From NCBI GenBank assembly GCA_951813565.1, contig OX638351.1:416001-480000 (forward strand): DNA of 64,000 nucleotides, written 5' to 3'. The position numbers and the translations under genes are program-made. Below the pieces are notes generated by a model. The model was not told where the DNA came from and searched no databases. It saw only the letters and a program-made list of their open reading frames with translations. Source of the stretch: an uncultured Poribacteria bacterium. GTDB lineage: Bacteria; Poribacteria; WGA-4E; WGA-3G. Positions 10,222 through 19,125 of this stretch are shown piece after piece; the stretch's first letter is position 1; each line of letters starts with the position of its first letter.

Positions 10222-12132
10222 TTACGTCTTCGTCATATCTGCAGGCATCGGATTGAATTGGCACCCCTCGACAAAAATTTCAAAAAAATCTGCTGTCGTT
10301 TCAAGTTCAATATGCTCAATGTTTTGGACGAATTTTTCAATATCCGCACGTTTTTCCCTTGAAAGCAGGACCGCTTTCGCACCACCTACTGCAGCGTTTC
10401 CAATTTTGAAAACCCGATCTTGAGGGACAGGTGCGAGAAACCCAATGTCAATAGCATCCTGCAGGTTAACGTAGTTGGCAAATCCGCCTGCTAAATAGAG
10501 TTTTGTGATGTCTTGAGGGGAACAACCGAAATGGCGCAGCACAATGTATTGCCCACAGTAGTTTGCTGCTTTTGCTTGTGCTAAGTTGCTCGCGTCATCG
10601 CGTGAGAAGGTAATGCCGTGTTCAGATAAAAGCGGCATTATCCGCTGTTTTCTATCAGCAAAAACACCCTTTGCACTCATCTGATTATGCCGGCGCAGCT
10701 CAGCAAGTAGTGAAATAAGTCCAGAACCGCATAGTCCTTGTGGTTTTTCTGCACCAATTGTTTCGTAGTCAATCTTACCGTCAACCCATTTCACAGATTC
10801 AATTGCACCCGGATAAGCAGGCATTCCGTATTCTATACCACCGCCTTCAAACGCAGGACCGGCAGGACACGATGCAGCGACCATCCGCTTTGCATTACCA
10901 ACAACGACTTCGGTATTTGTACCAACATCAACCAGCATAACAACTTCGTCTTGTGATTGCATGTCAACGGCAATTAAATCTGCTGCGACGTCTGCTCCGA
11001 CGTGGCTTGCGATTAGCGGCAAACTATACACCATCGCCTTCGGATTGGATCGGATACCGAGTCGACGGGATTTTTCAGTGAGTGATGTCGTTGAACGGAT
11101 ACCCTCGCGATATTCATGTTCAATTACAGATTTATACGGTTTTTGACCAATGCTCTGTACATCTTGTTTAAAAAAAATGTCGCGCATTGTTGTATTGCCA
11201 GCAACAACAATTTCGTAAATTTCCTGCCGAACAAAATCGTGCTTTTCACACATCTCCATGATTTGGCTGTTCAATGCTGCTATAAGCGATTTACGTAACT
11301 CACCCTCAAATTCACCGTCATAAGATATACGGTGCATAATATCACTTCCGCCAAAACGTTGTGGATTTTCAAAGGAACTGACTGAAACTGTCTCACCGGT
11401 TTCCAAATCCACGAGATTTGCTACCACAGTTGTAGTGCCGATGTCCAAAGCAAGTCCATAGAGATGTCCGCGAAATCGATCTATAGGTTCATTGTCGTAG
11501 TAGACTATACCCTCACGATGTGTGACCAGTGGATTGGGTGATTGGTCAGTATCAAGTTCAGTCGCGATATGCGTTAGAATTTTTGGTGTGCGCCGTAGCG
11601 GTGTGAATTCAATATGTTCGTCTACATCCAGAACAACGGCTTGGCAAGCGAGGCGATAGTTGTCTCGGAGGAAGGTTTCTGCTTCGTTGGGTGGACGGAG
11701 GCTATCCATACCTTGTTTGATCTCAACGATACACTCGTGGCATTGTCCCGTCCTAAAGCAGGAGGTAGGAACTTGTACCGCTAAATCATCTGCGTAGTCA
11801 AAAACGGTTTTTCCCGGAGAGAGTTGATATTCCTTGCCTTCGCAGGTGATTGTGCCTTTTGCTTTTTGGTAAGTCTGTATCGTGTCGTCAGTTTCATCTA
11901 TTTCCCACGCACTGCGATAATCTAATTTGTCATCTCCTACGCAGAGAAGTCCCGTGCCTTCATCAATTTTGCGCTGGTTTCGGCAACCGAATTTAGCAGT
12001 GCAGTGGTCAAATCGATTTTTGTAGGGGCAGCGGTAGGTAGACTGTTCGTCAGCATGGACGACGAGTTCTTCAAAAATCTGTGTAATTTTATTGAGCCGT
12101 TTTTCGTATTCGGTTTTATCTATTTTTTTCAT
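10222..12132 (-). CDS. ATP-dependent reductive activator of corrinoid proteins (RACo/ASKHA, DUF4445) with a 2Fe-2S domain
   Basis: C-x4-C-x2-C...RLACQ ferredoxin; DIGTTTV, NPQRFGGSD, GNTTM, DVGTNTE, AGPAFEG, GLCGSG, GNAA. Confidence 0.9.
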   Translation of the reverse strand: MKKIDKTEYEKRLNKITQIFEELVVHADEQSTYRCPYKNRFDHCTAKFGCRNQRKIDEGTGLLCVGDDKLDYRSAWEIDETDDTIQTYQKAKGTITCEGKEYQLSPGKTVFDYADDLAVQVPTSCFRTGQCHECIVEIKQGMDSLRPPNEAETFLRDNYRLACQAVVLDVDEHIEFTPLRRTPKILTHIATELDTDQSPNPLVTHREGIVYYDNEPIDRFRGHLYGLALDIGTTTVVANLVDLETGETVSVSSFENPQRFGGSDIMHRISYDGEFEGELRKSLIAALNSQIMEMCEKHDFVRQEIYEIVVAGNTTMRDIFFKQDVQSIGQKPYKSVIEHEYREGIRSTTSLTEKSRRLGIRSNPKAMVYSLPLIASHVGADVAADLIAVDMQSQDEVVMLVDVGTNTEVVVGNAKRMVAASCPAGPAFEGGGIEYGMPAYPGAIESVKWVDGKIDYETIGAEKPQGLCGSGLISLLAELRRHNQMSAKGVFADRKQRIMPLLSEHGITFSRDDASNLAQAKAANYCGQYIVLRHFGCSPQDITKLYLAGGFANYVNLQDAIDIGFLAPVPQDRVFKIGNAAVGGAKAVLLSREKRADIEKFVQNIEHIELETTADFFEIFVEGCQFNPMPADMTKT

Positions 12133-12295
12133 TTATTTTAGTCAGAACGACAATTATGATACATTTGATCAGCGTAGTGATTTCAACACATCCTGTGAAT
12201 GTAAGAGGCGCAATGAATTGCGCGACTACAAACGCGGCAAATAAGAGAAAATGGCTTTGCAATCCAGATCACCTATGATAATGTTTCAAAGTGGT

Positions 12296-13054
12296 TTACC
12301 ATTCTTCGTCTGTTTCTTCAAGAAAGTGTTTGGCTAATTCCACACACGCCAAGGCATCCTTACCGTATCCGTCTGCACCCATATCATCCGCGAATGTCTG
12401 GGTGACTGGGGCACCACCAACCATAATTTTCACTTCTTCACGCAGGTCTTCGTCAATAAATGCATCAATTGTTTTGCCCATGTTCGGCATTGTTGTCGTT
12501 AGCAGTGCGGACATTCCTAAGATAGGTGCTTCGTATTCTTCCACTGCCTCAATGAATTCGTCTTCGGAGGTATCCACACCGAGGTCATGGACGACAAAAC
12601 CTGCCCCGCGCAGCATCATAATGCACAAGTTTTTGCCAATATCATGGAGGTCGCCTTTGACGGTACCCATAATCACCGTGCCTACAGGTTCAATTCCCGA
12701 ATCTGAGAGAATGGGTTCAATATGTGCCATACCTGCTTTCATTGCACGTGCACACGCAAGTACTTCGGGGACAAAGATAAAGTTCTCACGAAACTTGATG
12801 CCGACGATGCCCATTCCGATAATTAGACCATCGTCCATAATTTCCAGTGCTTCTGTGCCTGCTCCGAGTGCTTCTTGTGTCAATTCATCAACGGTGTGAT
12901 GGTCACCGTCAATCAATGCAGCAGAGATGTCCTGCATGTCAGGAGTCGCTTGGGTGAACATCTCAATAAAACGTTCTATCTCTTCAGGACGTTCAAGGTA
13001 TTCTTCAATTTCTTCTCGGATAAATTCGTTCGCGATGTCATTTATAGATGCCAC
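12296..13054 (-). CDS. Corrinoid (B12-binding) protein, MttC/MtgC/MetH cap + B12 domain type
   Basis: IFVPEVL..ARAM, GTVKGDLHDIGKN, SALLTTT, MVGGAPV; GTG start at 13054 after AGGAGG. Confidence 0.92.
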   Translation of the reverse strand: MASINDIANEFIREEIEEYLERPEEIERFIEMFTQATPDMQDISAALIDGDHHTVDELTQEALGAGTEALEIMDDGLIIGMGIVGIKFRENFIFVPEVLACARAMKAGMAHIEPILSDSGIEPVGTVIMGTVKGDLHDIGKNLCIMMLRGAGFVVHDLGVDTSEDEFIEAVEEYEAPILGMSALLTTTMPNMGKTIDAFIDEDLREEVKIMVGGAPVTQTFADDMGADGYGKDALACVELAKHFLEETDEEW

Positions 13055-13120
13055 AGGTTGAATATCCCTCCTTGAAGATATAGGATACCACACCTGTGGA
13101 AAAATGGCAAATTAATTGGA
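13010..13120. repeat. 111-bp direct repeat, copy 1 (upstream region, RBS and first 15 codons of the corrinoid gene)
   Basis: 104/111 identical to 14535-14645 by manual alignment. Confidence 0.95.
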
Positions 13121-13149
13121 ATAAAACTGAGGGAGAGAATATAAAAATA

Positions 13150-13191
13150 AAAAGAGAAGCAGGTAACCGTCCCGTTACTTGCCTCTCTTCT
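13150..13191 (-). terminator. Putative intrinsic terminator after the TolB-like gene
   Basis: Minus strand AGAGAGGCAAGTAAC-GGGACG-GTTACCTGCTTCTCT followed by a T-run. Confidence 0.6.
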
Positions 13192-13242
13192 GATGCAATT
13201 TACCAAATCAACGCTAAATGTGCATAAGTTCTTTGGCGGGTT

Positions 13243-14244
13243 TTACTTCTTGAGTGTTCCCCATTTTAGGACTTTCTTCCCGCGTGGCTTTACAGACAAC
13301 ACATCATCGCTGATCCAATCCATTGAGTAGTCAGACGCTGGATAGTTTGTAAGGTTGGTTATCTGTCCGGTAACGAGGTGATACCGGTAGATGTCATTCT
13401 TCTCACCTATCCCTTCCCGTGCGGCAATCAGCACCTGTTTCCCGTTATCCATCCAACACACACTATTGACTAACCAATTTTTCGGGATATTTAAAATTCT
13501 TCGTGCTTTGCTACCGTGCCGCTGAATCACAACATTGCTGGCAACCCTCTTTGTGATCCCTTCGACTATCGCGAAGTGTGACTCAAAGTACAAAATAGAT
13601 TTGCTATCAGGTGACCAGTGGGGTAACGCACGTTCCCAATCATTGTGAGGTGGCACAAACTCTTTTGCCCCGGTGCCGTCCGCATTCATTACATAGATAG
13701 TTGTCCCCGCATTCAAGAAGCCTCCGTTGATCGCTTGTTCGTAGGCAATATATCTGCCATTAGGTGCCCAAGAAGGTTCATTAGCCCAATCTCGATCCCC
13801 TGGGTTGTGCGTCAGTTGCTTGACTTCTTGGGTTAAAATATCCATCACATAGATGTCCAACCCCTTATTTCGGGTGCTGGCAAACGCGATGTGACGCCCA
13901 TCCGGTGACCAAGTACATCCACCATCAAGTGCACGATCATCTGTAAGCTGCTGCACGTTGCTACCATCCGCATCCATCACGAATATATCATACTTTTGAT
14001 TTGTCTTATGCTGAGCCGCATCTGTATCTCTCTCAAATGCGATGTGTGTGCCATCGGGGGACCATGTAGGTGTCCCATCGACTTGAGGAGCCTCTGTGAA
14101 GGTGAGTCTTTGGACATTGCTGCCGTCATCTTCCATCACATGGATATTGTAAGCCCCATCGCGTTTTGAGATGAACACGATTTTGGCAGCAACAAAACTT
14201 GGTAAGCAGAACAGTAGACAGTAGGTTATCAACTTTTTGAGCAT
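13243..14244 (-). CDS. TolB-like (PD40) beta-propeller secreted protein with a C-terminal VxPxGK...WGxLK motif
   Basis: Repeated P.WSPDG..IAF and DIFVMDADGSNVQQLT; signal peptide; C-terminus SVKPRGKKVLKWGTLKK. Confidence 0.88.
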   Translation of the reverse strand: MLKKLITYCLLFCLPSFVAAKIVFISKRDGAYNIHVMEDDGSNVQRLTFTEAPQVDGTPTWSPDGTHIAFERDTDAAQHKTNQKYDIFVMDADGSNVQQLTDDRALDGGCTWSPDGRHIAFASTRNKGLDIYVMDILTQEVKQLTHNPGDRDWANEPSWAPNGRYIAYEQAINGGFLNAGTTIYVMNADGTGAKEFVPPHNDWERALPHWSPDSKSILYFESHFAIVEGITKRVASNVVIQRHGSKARRILNIPKNWLVNSVCWMDNGKQVLIAAREGIGEKNDIYRYHLVTGQITNLTNYPASDYSMDWISDDVLSVKPRGKKVLKWGTLKK

Positions 14245-14255
14245 CGATAGACTCC

Positions 14256-14579
14256 TTATTGGCCGTCGTATTCGAAAGTATGGGAAGCCTGGGCTTCAAC
14301 ATCATCTACCTCATTGTCATCACCGGTTGATAGGTTTATCCAATAATTGGCTTGCATCGTGTACTCATCCCCGTCATCTGCACCTCTTGAGGCAAGGTCC
14401 ATGGAGAGAGCTATGGATTCACTAAAAGTTTCACCGGGACCTAATGTCCCTCCCCATATATGCTTTTTCTCATCCGGTGCAAGGACTTGGCCATCGTTAG
14501 TCGCATGGCATGAAAGGCGACCTCCCCAGTCTACTTCTTCTCGGATAAATTCGTTCGCGATGTCATTAATTGATGCCAC
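14256..14579 (-). CDS. Chimeric ORF or pseudogene: first 15 codons of the corrinoid gene fused to an unrelated acidic fragment
   Basis: VASINDIANEFIREE is identical to the corrinoid protein N-terminus, then the sequence diverges. Confidence 0.6.
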   Translation of the reverse strand: MASINDIANEFIREEVDWGGRLSCHATNDGQVLAPDEKKHIWGGTLGPGETFSESIALSMDLASRGADDGDEYTMQANYWINLSTGDDNEVDDVEAQASHTFEYDGQ

Positions 14580-14645
14580 AGGTTTCGTATTCCTCCTTGA
14601 AGATATAGGATACCACACCTGTGGAAAAATGGCAAATAAATTGGA
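14535..14645. repeat. 111-bp direct repeat, copy 2
   Basis: See 13010-13120. Confidence 0.95.
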
Positions 14646-14703
14646 GTAATGAGTTGAGGATTGCGTTAAATGGGAAGAATATTGGGCAGAGACATTAATC
14701 AAC

Positions 14704-15288
14704 TTACCAACGCATTGCTGCTTCACGATATAACTTAATCTGTTCCATATTACGAGGCACAGTAACCTGCATAGATTTCCGTTTTCTATTCAAATCTTTT
14801 AGCACAATCGGTGCGCGAAGCATGTTGGTTAATGTCACAATTCCAGACTCAAAGTAAACCCACATGCGTTGTTCTGTATAGGGGTTCAGAACATACGCTG
14901 AATTGAAGTTTTCAGATTGTGCAACGATTTCTGAAAATGAATCGTATTTAGGATAAGTAAGTTCAATGGTTTTGTCATACCCTTCTAAAAATAGTTGATC
15001 CGGTGGCGATTTTGGGGAGTAGCCACTTAATTTACATCTACAAAACTGAATTGGTGTGCCTGATTTATTCGTCATAAGGAGCGAAACTACAATCGCTAAG
15101 CGGTTATTATCATCACGGTTTATAAACCAAGTATCCTCCTGAATTATCGCTACCGTTAAACCGGGGATTTGTCGCCATCTGTGGTAAACAACCGCTAATG
15201 CGATAAAACACCCTAATCCAAGTATTACCCAATTGCCGGTTGGCGTAGCGATAAATTTTAGGAGTTCTTTGAAAATCTGTTGTAACAC
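14704..15288 (-). CDS. Hypothetical membrane-anchored protein
   Basis: Overlaps the tsaC end, AAGGAG RBS, one TM helix. Confidence 0.7.
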   Translation of the reverse strand: MLQQIFKELLKFIATPTGNWVILGLGCFIALAVVYHRWRQIPGLTVAIIQEDTWFINRDDNNRLAIVVSLLMTNKSGTPIQFCRCKLSGYSPKSPPDQLFLEGYDKTIELTYPKYDSFSEIVAQSENFNSAYVLNPYTEQRMWVYFESGIVTLTNMLRAPIVLKDLNRKRKSMQVTVPRNMEQIKLYREAAMRW

Positions 15289-15884
15289 ATCAACTCCTTA
15301 GCAAGCGTTTCGGAGGAAATAACACCCTCTCGGCGAATCTGCGGGGGTGATACGGATATATCGTAGACAGTTGAAGGAATACGTCCAGGTGTTTGTCCGT
15401 CATCTACGATAAAGTCAATTTTTGATGACAATTCCTGACCAAATTCTTGGGGAGAGGTTGCCGCAGGTTGCCCTGAGAGATTTGCGCTTGTAATAGCGAT
15501 GGGTCCGCCAAAATTCTGAAGTATCTCTAATAGTAGCGGCTGATTTGGAATGCGTAACCCAACGGTCGTACCACCTGCCGTTAGCTGCGGAAGCAGATTT
15601 TTTGATTCAACAATGATTGTTAGTCCACCTGGCCAAAACCTTTCAGTGAGATGAAAAAAGAACCCTGGTAGGTTTTGCGCGACCTGTTGGACATCTTCAA
15701 CGGAACCGAGAACTAAAGGGATCGGTTTCTCTTCAGGTCTACCTTTTAAGGTATATAGTTTTTGTACTGCCTCTGCATTAAATGGGTCAACCCCCAACCC
15801 GTATACCGTATCGGTAGGAATAGCAATAATACCGCCCGATTTTAGGCAATCTACTGCTGCTTTAATACGTAAATCAGATTCCAA
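15258..15884 (-). CDS. tsaC: L-threonylcarbamoyladenylate synthase (Sua5/YrdC)
   Basis: PTDTVYGL, LKGRP..KP, FWPGGLT, TSANLSG, PSTV. Confidence 0.95.
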   Translation of the reverse strand: MESDLRIKAAVDCLKSGGIIAIPTDTVYGLGVDPFNAEAVQKLYTLKGRPEEKPIPLVLGSVEDVQQVAQNLPGFFFHLTERFWPGGLTIIVESKNLLPQLTAGGTTVGLRIPNQPLLLEILQNFGGPIAITSANLSGQPAATSPQEFGQELSSKIDFIVDDGQTPGRIPSTVYDISVSPPQIRREGVISSETLAKELMCYNRFSKNS

Positions 15885-15978
15885 GTAACTCTCCTTTTAT
15901 ACCCAATCATTTTAGTTTTCCAACACAGTATTGGGAAAATCGGGCGGACAAGGTCTCCCTCCCACAAGAGTTCTACCG

Positions 15979-17001
15979 TTATACATCAACAATAGACCCG
16001 TTTGCTGCAGCATTAAGGGAAAGTTCGTCTCTTAGTCCCTGCTGATACTTTTCGTAAGCGATTCCAGCAATCATTGCACCGTTATCTGTGCATAGATTAA
16101 TTGGCGGATAGTAGACATCTGCACCGATTTCTTCAGCAGCATCCTTCAAAGAAGTGCGCAGTTGGCTGTTTGCAGCGACTCCTCCGGTCAAGGTTATAGT
16201 GCGCGCACTTGTGGTTTTTGCAGCATGAACGGTTTTTGCCACAAGCACATCAACGACTGCTGCTTGAAAACTGGCAGCGATGTCTTCAATGCTAATTTCT
16301 CCGTTTGCTATTGTTCCCGCACGTTCTGCCTTCTCCACAAAATATCGTACGGACGTTTTGACCCCACTAAAACTGAATTGGTAATCACCGCTACGGAGCA
16401 TCGGACGCGGAAAGTCTATCGCTGTAGGATTACCTTTTTGTGCCAGTTCGTCAATAATCCTACCACCTGGGAAACCGAGTCCGAGATACTTAGCGACCTT
16501 ATCATAAACTTCGCCTGCTGCATCGTCCTGTGTCGTTCCCAGGACTTTATATTTCCAACCCTCATGCACTTCCACGAGCAATGTATGTCCACCTGAGACT
16601 GTCAAACAGATATGCGGGAAAGTCAGGGTATCATGCACCATGTAATTGGCATAGATGTGTCCTTCAATATGATTAATACCGAGTAAGGGTAAATTGTGGC
16701 AGTAGGCAAGGCTTTTTGCTGCTGCCACACCAACGAGCAAAGCGCCAATCAATCCGGGGCGATTTGTCACTGCAATAGCATCTAAATTATCAAAAGTGAC
16801 CCCTGCTTCAGCCAAAGATTTATTGACGATATAGTTGATTGCTTCAATATGTTTGCGCGACGCCAATTCTGGCACAACGCCGCCATATTCTTGATGTGCT
16901 TTTATCTGTGAGGCGACTACATTTGATAGGACTTCCCGTCCATTAACGACGATTGCTGCAGCGGTTTCATCACAAGATGTATCAATTCCAAGTATTTTCA
17001 T
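15979..17001 (-). CDS. tsaD: tRNA N6-adenosine threonylcarbamoyltransferase
   Basis: ILGIDTSCDET, GGVVPELASRKH, HIEGH, DDAAGEVYDK, CTDNGAMIA. Confidence 0.97.
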   Translation of the reverse strand: MKILGIDTSCDETAAAIVVNGREVLSNVVASQIKAHQEYGGVVPELASRKHIEAINYIVNKSLAEAGVTFDNLDAIAVTNRPGLIGALLVGVAAAKSLAYCHNLPLLGINHIEGHIYANYMVHDTLTFPHICLTVSGGHTLLVEVHEGWKYKVLGTTQDDAAGEVYDKVAKYLGLGFPGGRIIDELAQKGNPTAIDFPRPMLRSGDYQFSFSGVKTSVRYFVEKAERAGTIANGEISIEDIAASFQAAVVDVLVAKTVHAAKTTSARTITLTGGVAANSQLRTSLKDAAEEIGADVYYPPINLCTDNGAMIAGIAYEKYQQGLRDELSLNAAANGSIVDV

Positions 17002-17012
17002 AGTTAATTTCT

Positions 17013-17106
17013 TATAGTAAAATCCTAAACACGTGAGTACGTGTTAGTAGGCACGGTTTGAAACCGCGCTTACTGTAGTGTTTAAATAATTTATGGACTT
17101 TACTAC
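17013..17106. mobile_element. IS630-type MITE carrying a GTAG REP-like hairpin
   Basis: TATAGTAAAATCC...GGACTTTACTA ends; internal GTAGGCACGGTTTGAAACCGCGCTTAC. Confidence 0.7.
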
Positions 17107-17110
17107 ATAA

Positions 17111-17258
17111 ACCTAAATTGCTACTTACAAGGTTTCGACCAAGCAGACACTGTTTTTTAGTGAAAACAAGGATTTTCTGCTGGTTCTGACGTCTTCTGTG
17201 ATAAATCGGGTTCGAAACCCATCCTACAAGAGCCTTGCAAAAAGGTGGCAACTTAGGT
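17111..17258. mobile_element. MITE 'A' with IS982-type ends
   Basis: ACCTAAATTGCTAC.../...GTGGCAACTTAGGT; near-TSD TACATAA/TACAAAA; left end matches the end upstream of the IS982 transposase fragment (46636). Confidence 0.75.
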
Positions 17259-17342
17259 TACAAAAATAGAATAAAAACGGTTATGGAAATTCTAAAGTAA
17301 CACTTTTCAACTCTATAGGTCAAAGAATTAAGTTGCCAAATC

Positions 17343-19055
17343 TTACTCTTTATTTTGTAATTTGCGTCTTTCGTCCATAAGCCCAACCAAGACACAAGCA
17401 CCCATCCCCAATAGCACAATCGCAAACGGGAAACCTGTAACGAGGGAGGCAGCCTGTAACGCTTCTAACCCGCCGCCAAGCAGCAGGGCAATCGCTACTA
17501 AACCCTCTGCAGTACACCAGAACACGCGTTGCGGGATCGGTGCGTCAACCTTGCCACCAGCTGCAATGATGTCAATAATCAGAGAACCAGAGTCGGATGA
17601 GGTAACGAAGAAGATGATTGTCAACAGCATTGCAGCACATGAGAGGAACATTGACCACGGTAGCGCGCCTAACATTTCGAACAGAGCAATTGGGTAATTA
17701 TATGCCTCAACTTGTTCGGTTACGCCGGTGTAGCCATCGGCTAAGAATTGATGTATAGCAGTGCCACCAAATGCACTGAACCAGAGCAGACACAATAGCG
17801 TAGGCAGAAGCAGCACGAAGATGACAAACTCGCGAACAGTGCGTCCTTTTGAAATCCGTGCAATGAATGTGCCGATGAACGGTGCCCAAGCGATCCACCA
17901 TGCCCAGTAGAAAGTTGTCCAATCGTGTAGGAAACCAGTGTCCTCACGTCCAATCCAGTTGCTAAGCGGCACAATTTTCATGACATAGGTTCCAAGCCCA
18001 GTGAAAATATTTCGGAAAATATAACCAGTTGGACCGAGAATAAAAACAGTTACCAGCAATATAAACGCGAGAATAATGTTGAACTGACTGAGACGTTTGA
18101 TACCTACATTAATTCCAGTCATCACTGATACCAATGCGATTGCCGTAATCACTACAATGAGCACTATCATGGTGAGGGCGTTTGCAGGTATCCCAAATAG
18201 ATCGTTAAGACCAGAAGTTACCTGTTGCACTCCTAAACCGAGGGAGGTTGCCAACCCGAAGATGCCTGCAAATATGGCGAATGTATCAATGATGTGTCCG
18301 GTCCACCCCCAAATCCGATCACCGAATATGGGATAAAACGCGGAGCGAATGAGCAGAGGTAATCCACGGTTGTAAGCGTAAAACGCGAGGGCGAGTCCAA
18401 CAACACCGTAGATAGCCCACCCTTGTAGTCCCCAGTGAAAGACTGTTGCTGCTATACCCAAGGAAGCCGCCGCTTGAACTTTGGGATCCGCGATGTCAGG
18501 AACATTTTTAACACTGTAATCTGCCTCTGGGTCATAAGAGGGATCGTCAATGGCAGGAATATCTTTAGCATTGTAAATTGCTTTTGCTTCATAAACCGTT
18601 TCTGTCCCGAGCGGCGAATATTCAACAACACCACTATCCCCCTGAAAATAGGTAACTGGCTCCGACACGCCAAAGAAGAGAAGCCCAATTCCTACCCCTG
18701 CTGCAAAGAGCATGGCGAGCCATGTTAAGTAAGAATACTCGGGTTTGGCATCTGGACCGCCTAACCGAATTTTACCGAGAGGTGAAAGTGCTACAAACAA
18801 GCAAAATAGAAAGACGAGATTGACAGTACTCATGAACAACCAATCAAGGTTCGTTGTAAGCCAGACTCGGACATTTCCGAAGAGTGTTGTCGCTTGCTCT
18901 TGAAAGATAAGTGAGCCTAAGATAAAAACGATAATAGTGATACTGGAAATTACGAATACAGGAGTCAAGTAAATCTCTAAACCGAACAGTTTCTTGTACT
19001 TGCTTTCATCTATCTGATGTGGCATCTGTTGGGGTTGTTTTCCTTCTTCGTTCAT
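17343..19055 (-). CDS. BCCT-family betaine/carnitine/choline transporter
   Basis: WLAMLFAAGVGIGLLFFGVSEP, FHWGLQGWAIY, WTTFYWAWWIAWAPF, FFVTSSDSG. Confidence 0.95.
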   Translation of the reverse strand: MNEEGKQPQQMPHQIDESKYKKLFGLEIYLTPVFVISSITIIVFILGSLIFQEQATTLFGNVRVWLTTNLDWLFMSTVNLVFLFCLFVALSPLGKIRLGGPDAKPEYSYLTWLAMLFAAGVGIGLLFFGVSEPVTYFQGDSGVVEYSPLGTETVYEAKAIYNAKDIPAIDDPSYDPEADYSVKNVPDIADPKVQAAASLGIAATVFHWGLQGWAIYGVVGLALAFYAYNRGLPLLIRSAFYPIFGDRIWGWTGHIIDTFAIFAGIFGLATSLGLGVQQVTSGLNDLFGIPANALTMIVLIVVITAIALVSVMTGINVGIKRLSQFNIILAFILLVTVFILGPTGYIFRNIFTGLGTYVMKIVPLSNWIGREDTGFLHDWTTFYWAWWIAWAPFIGTFIARISKGRTVREFVIFVLLLPTLLCLLWFSAFGGTAIHQFLADGYTGVTEQVEAYNYPIALFEMLGALPWSMFLSCAAMLLTIIFFVTSSDSGSLIIDIIAAGGKVDAPIPQRVFWCTAEGLVAIALLLGGGLEALQAASLVTGFPFAIVLLGMGACVLVGLMDERRKLQNKE

Positions 19056-19077
19056 TTCAAGATTCTCCTTTTAGAGT

Positions 19078-19106
19078 GGTGAGCGCGCTAACAAAACGCG
19101 TTCACC
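19078..19106. other. Intercistronic hairpin between the porin-like and BCCT genes
   Basis: GGTGAGCGCG-CTAACAAAA-CGCGTTCACC. Confidence 0.45.
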
Positions 19107-19125
19107 TTAGGATGGCGTCCGCCAA

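Noticed and set aside
13010..14645. 111-bp repeat pair as a DGR TR/VR
   Set aside because: Mismatches are not adenine-specific, the repeat covers an upstream region and gene start, and there is no RT
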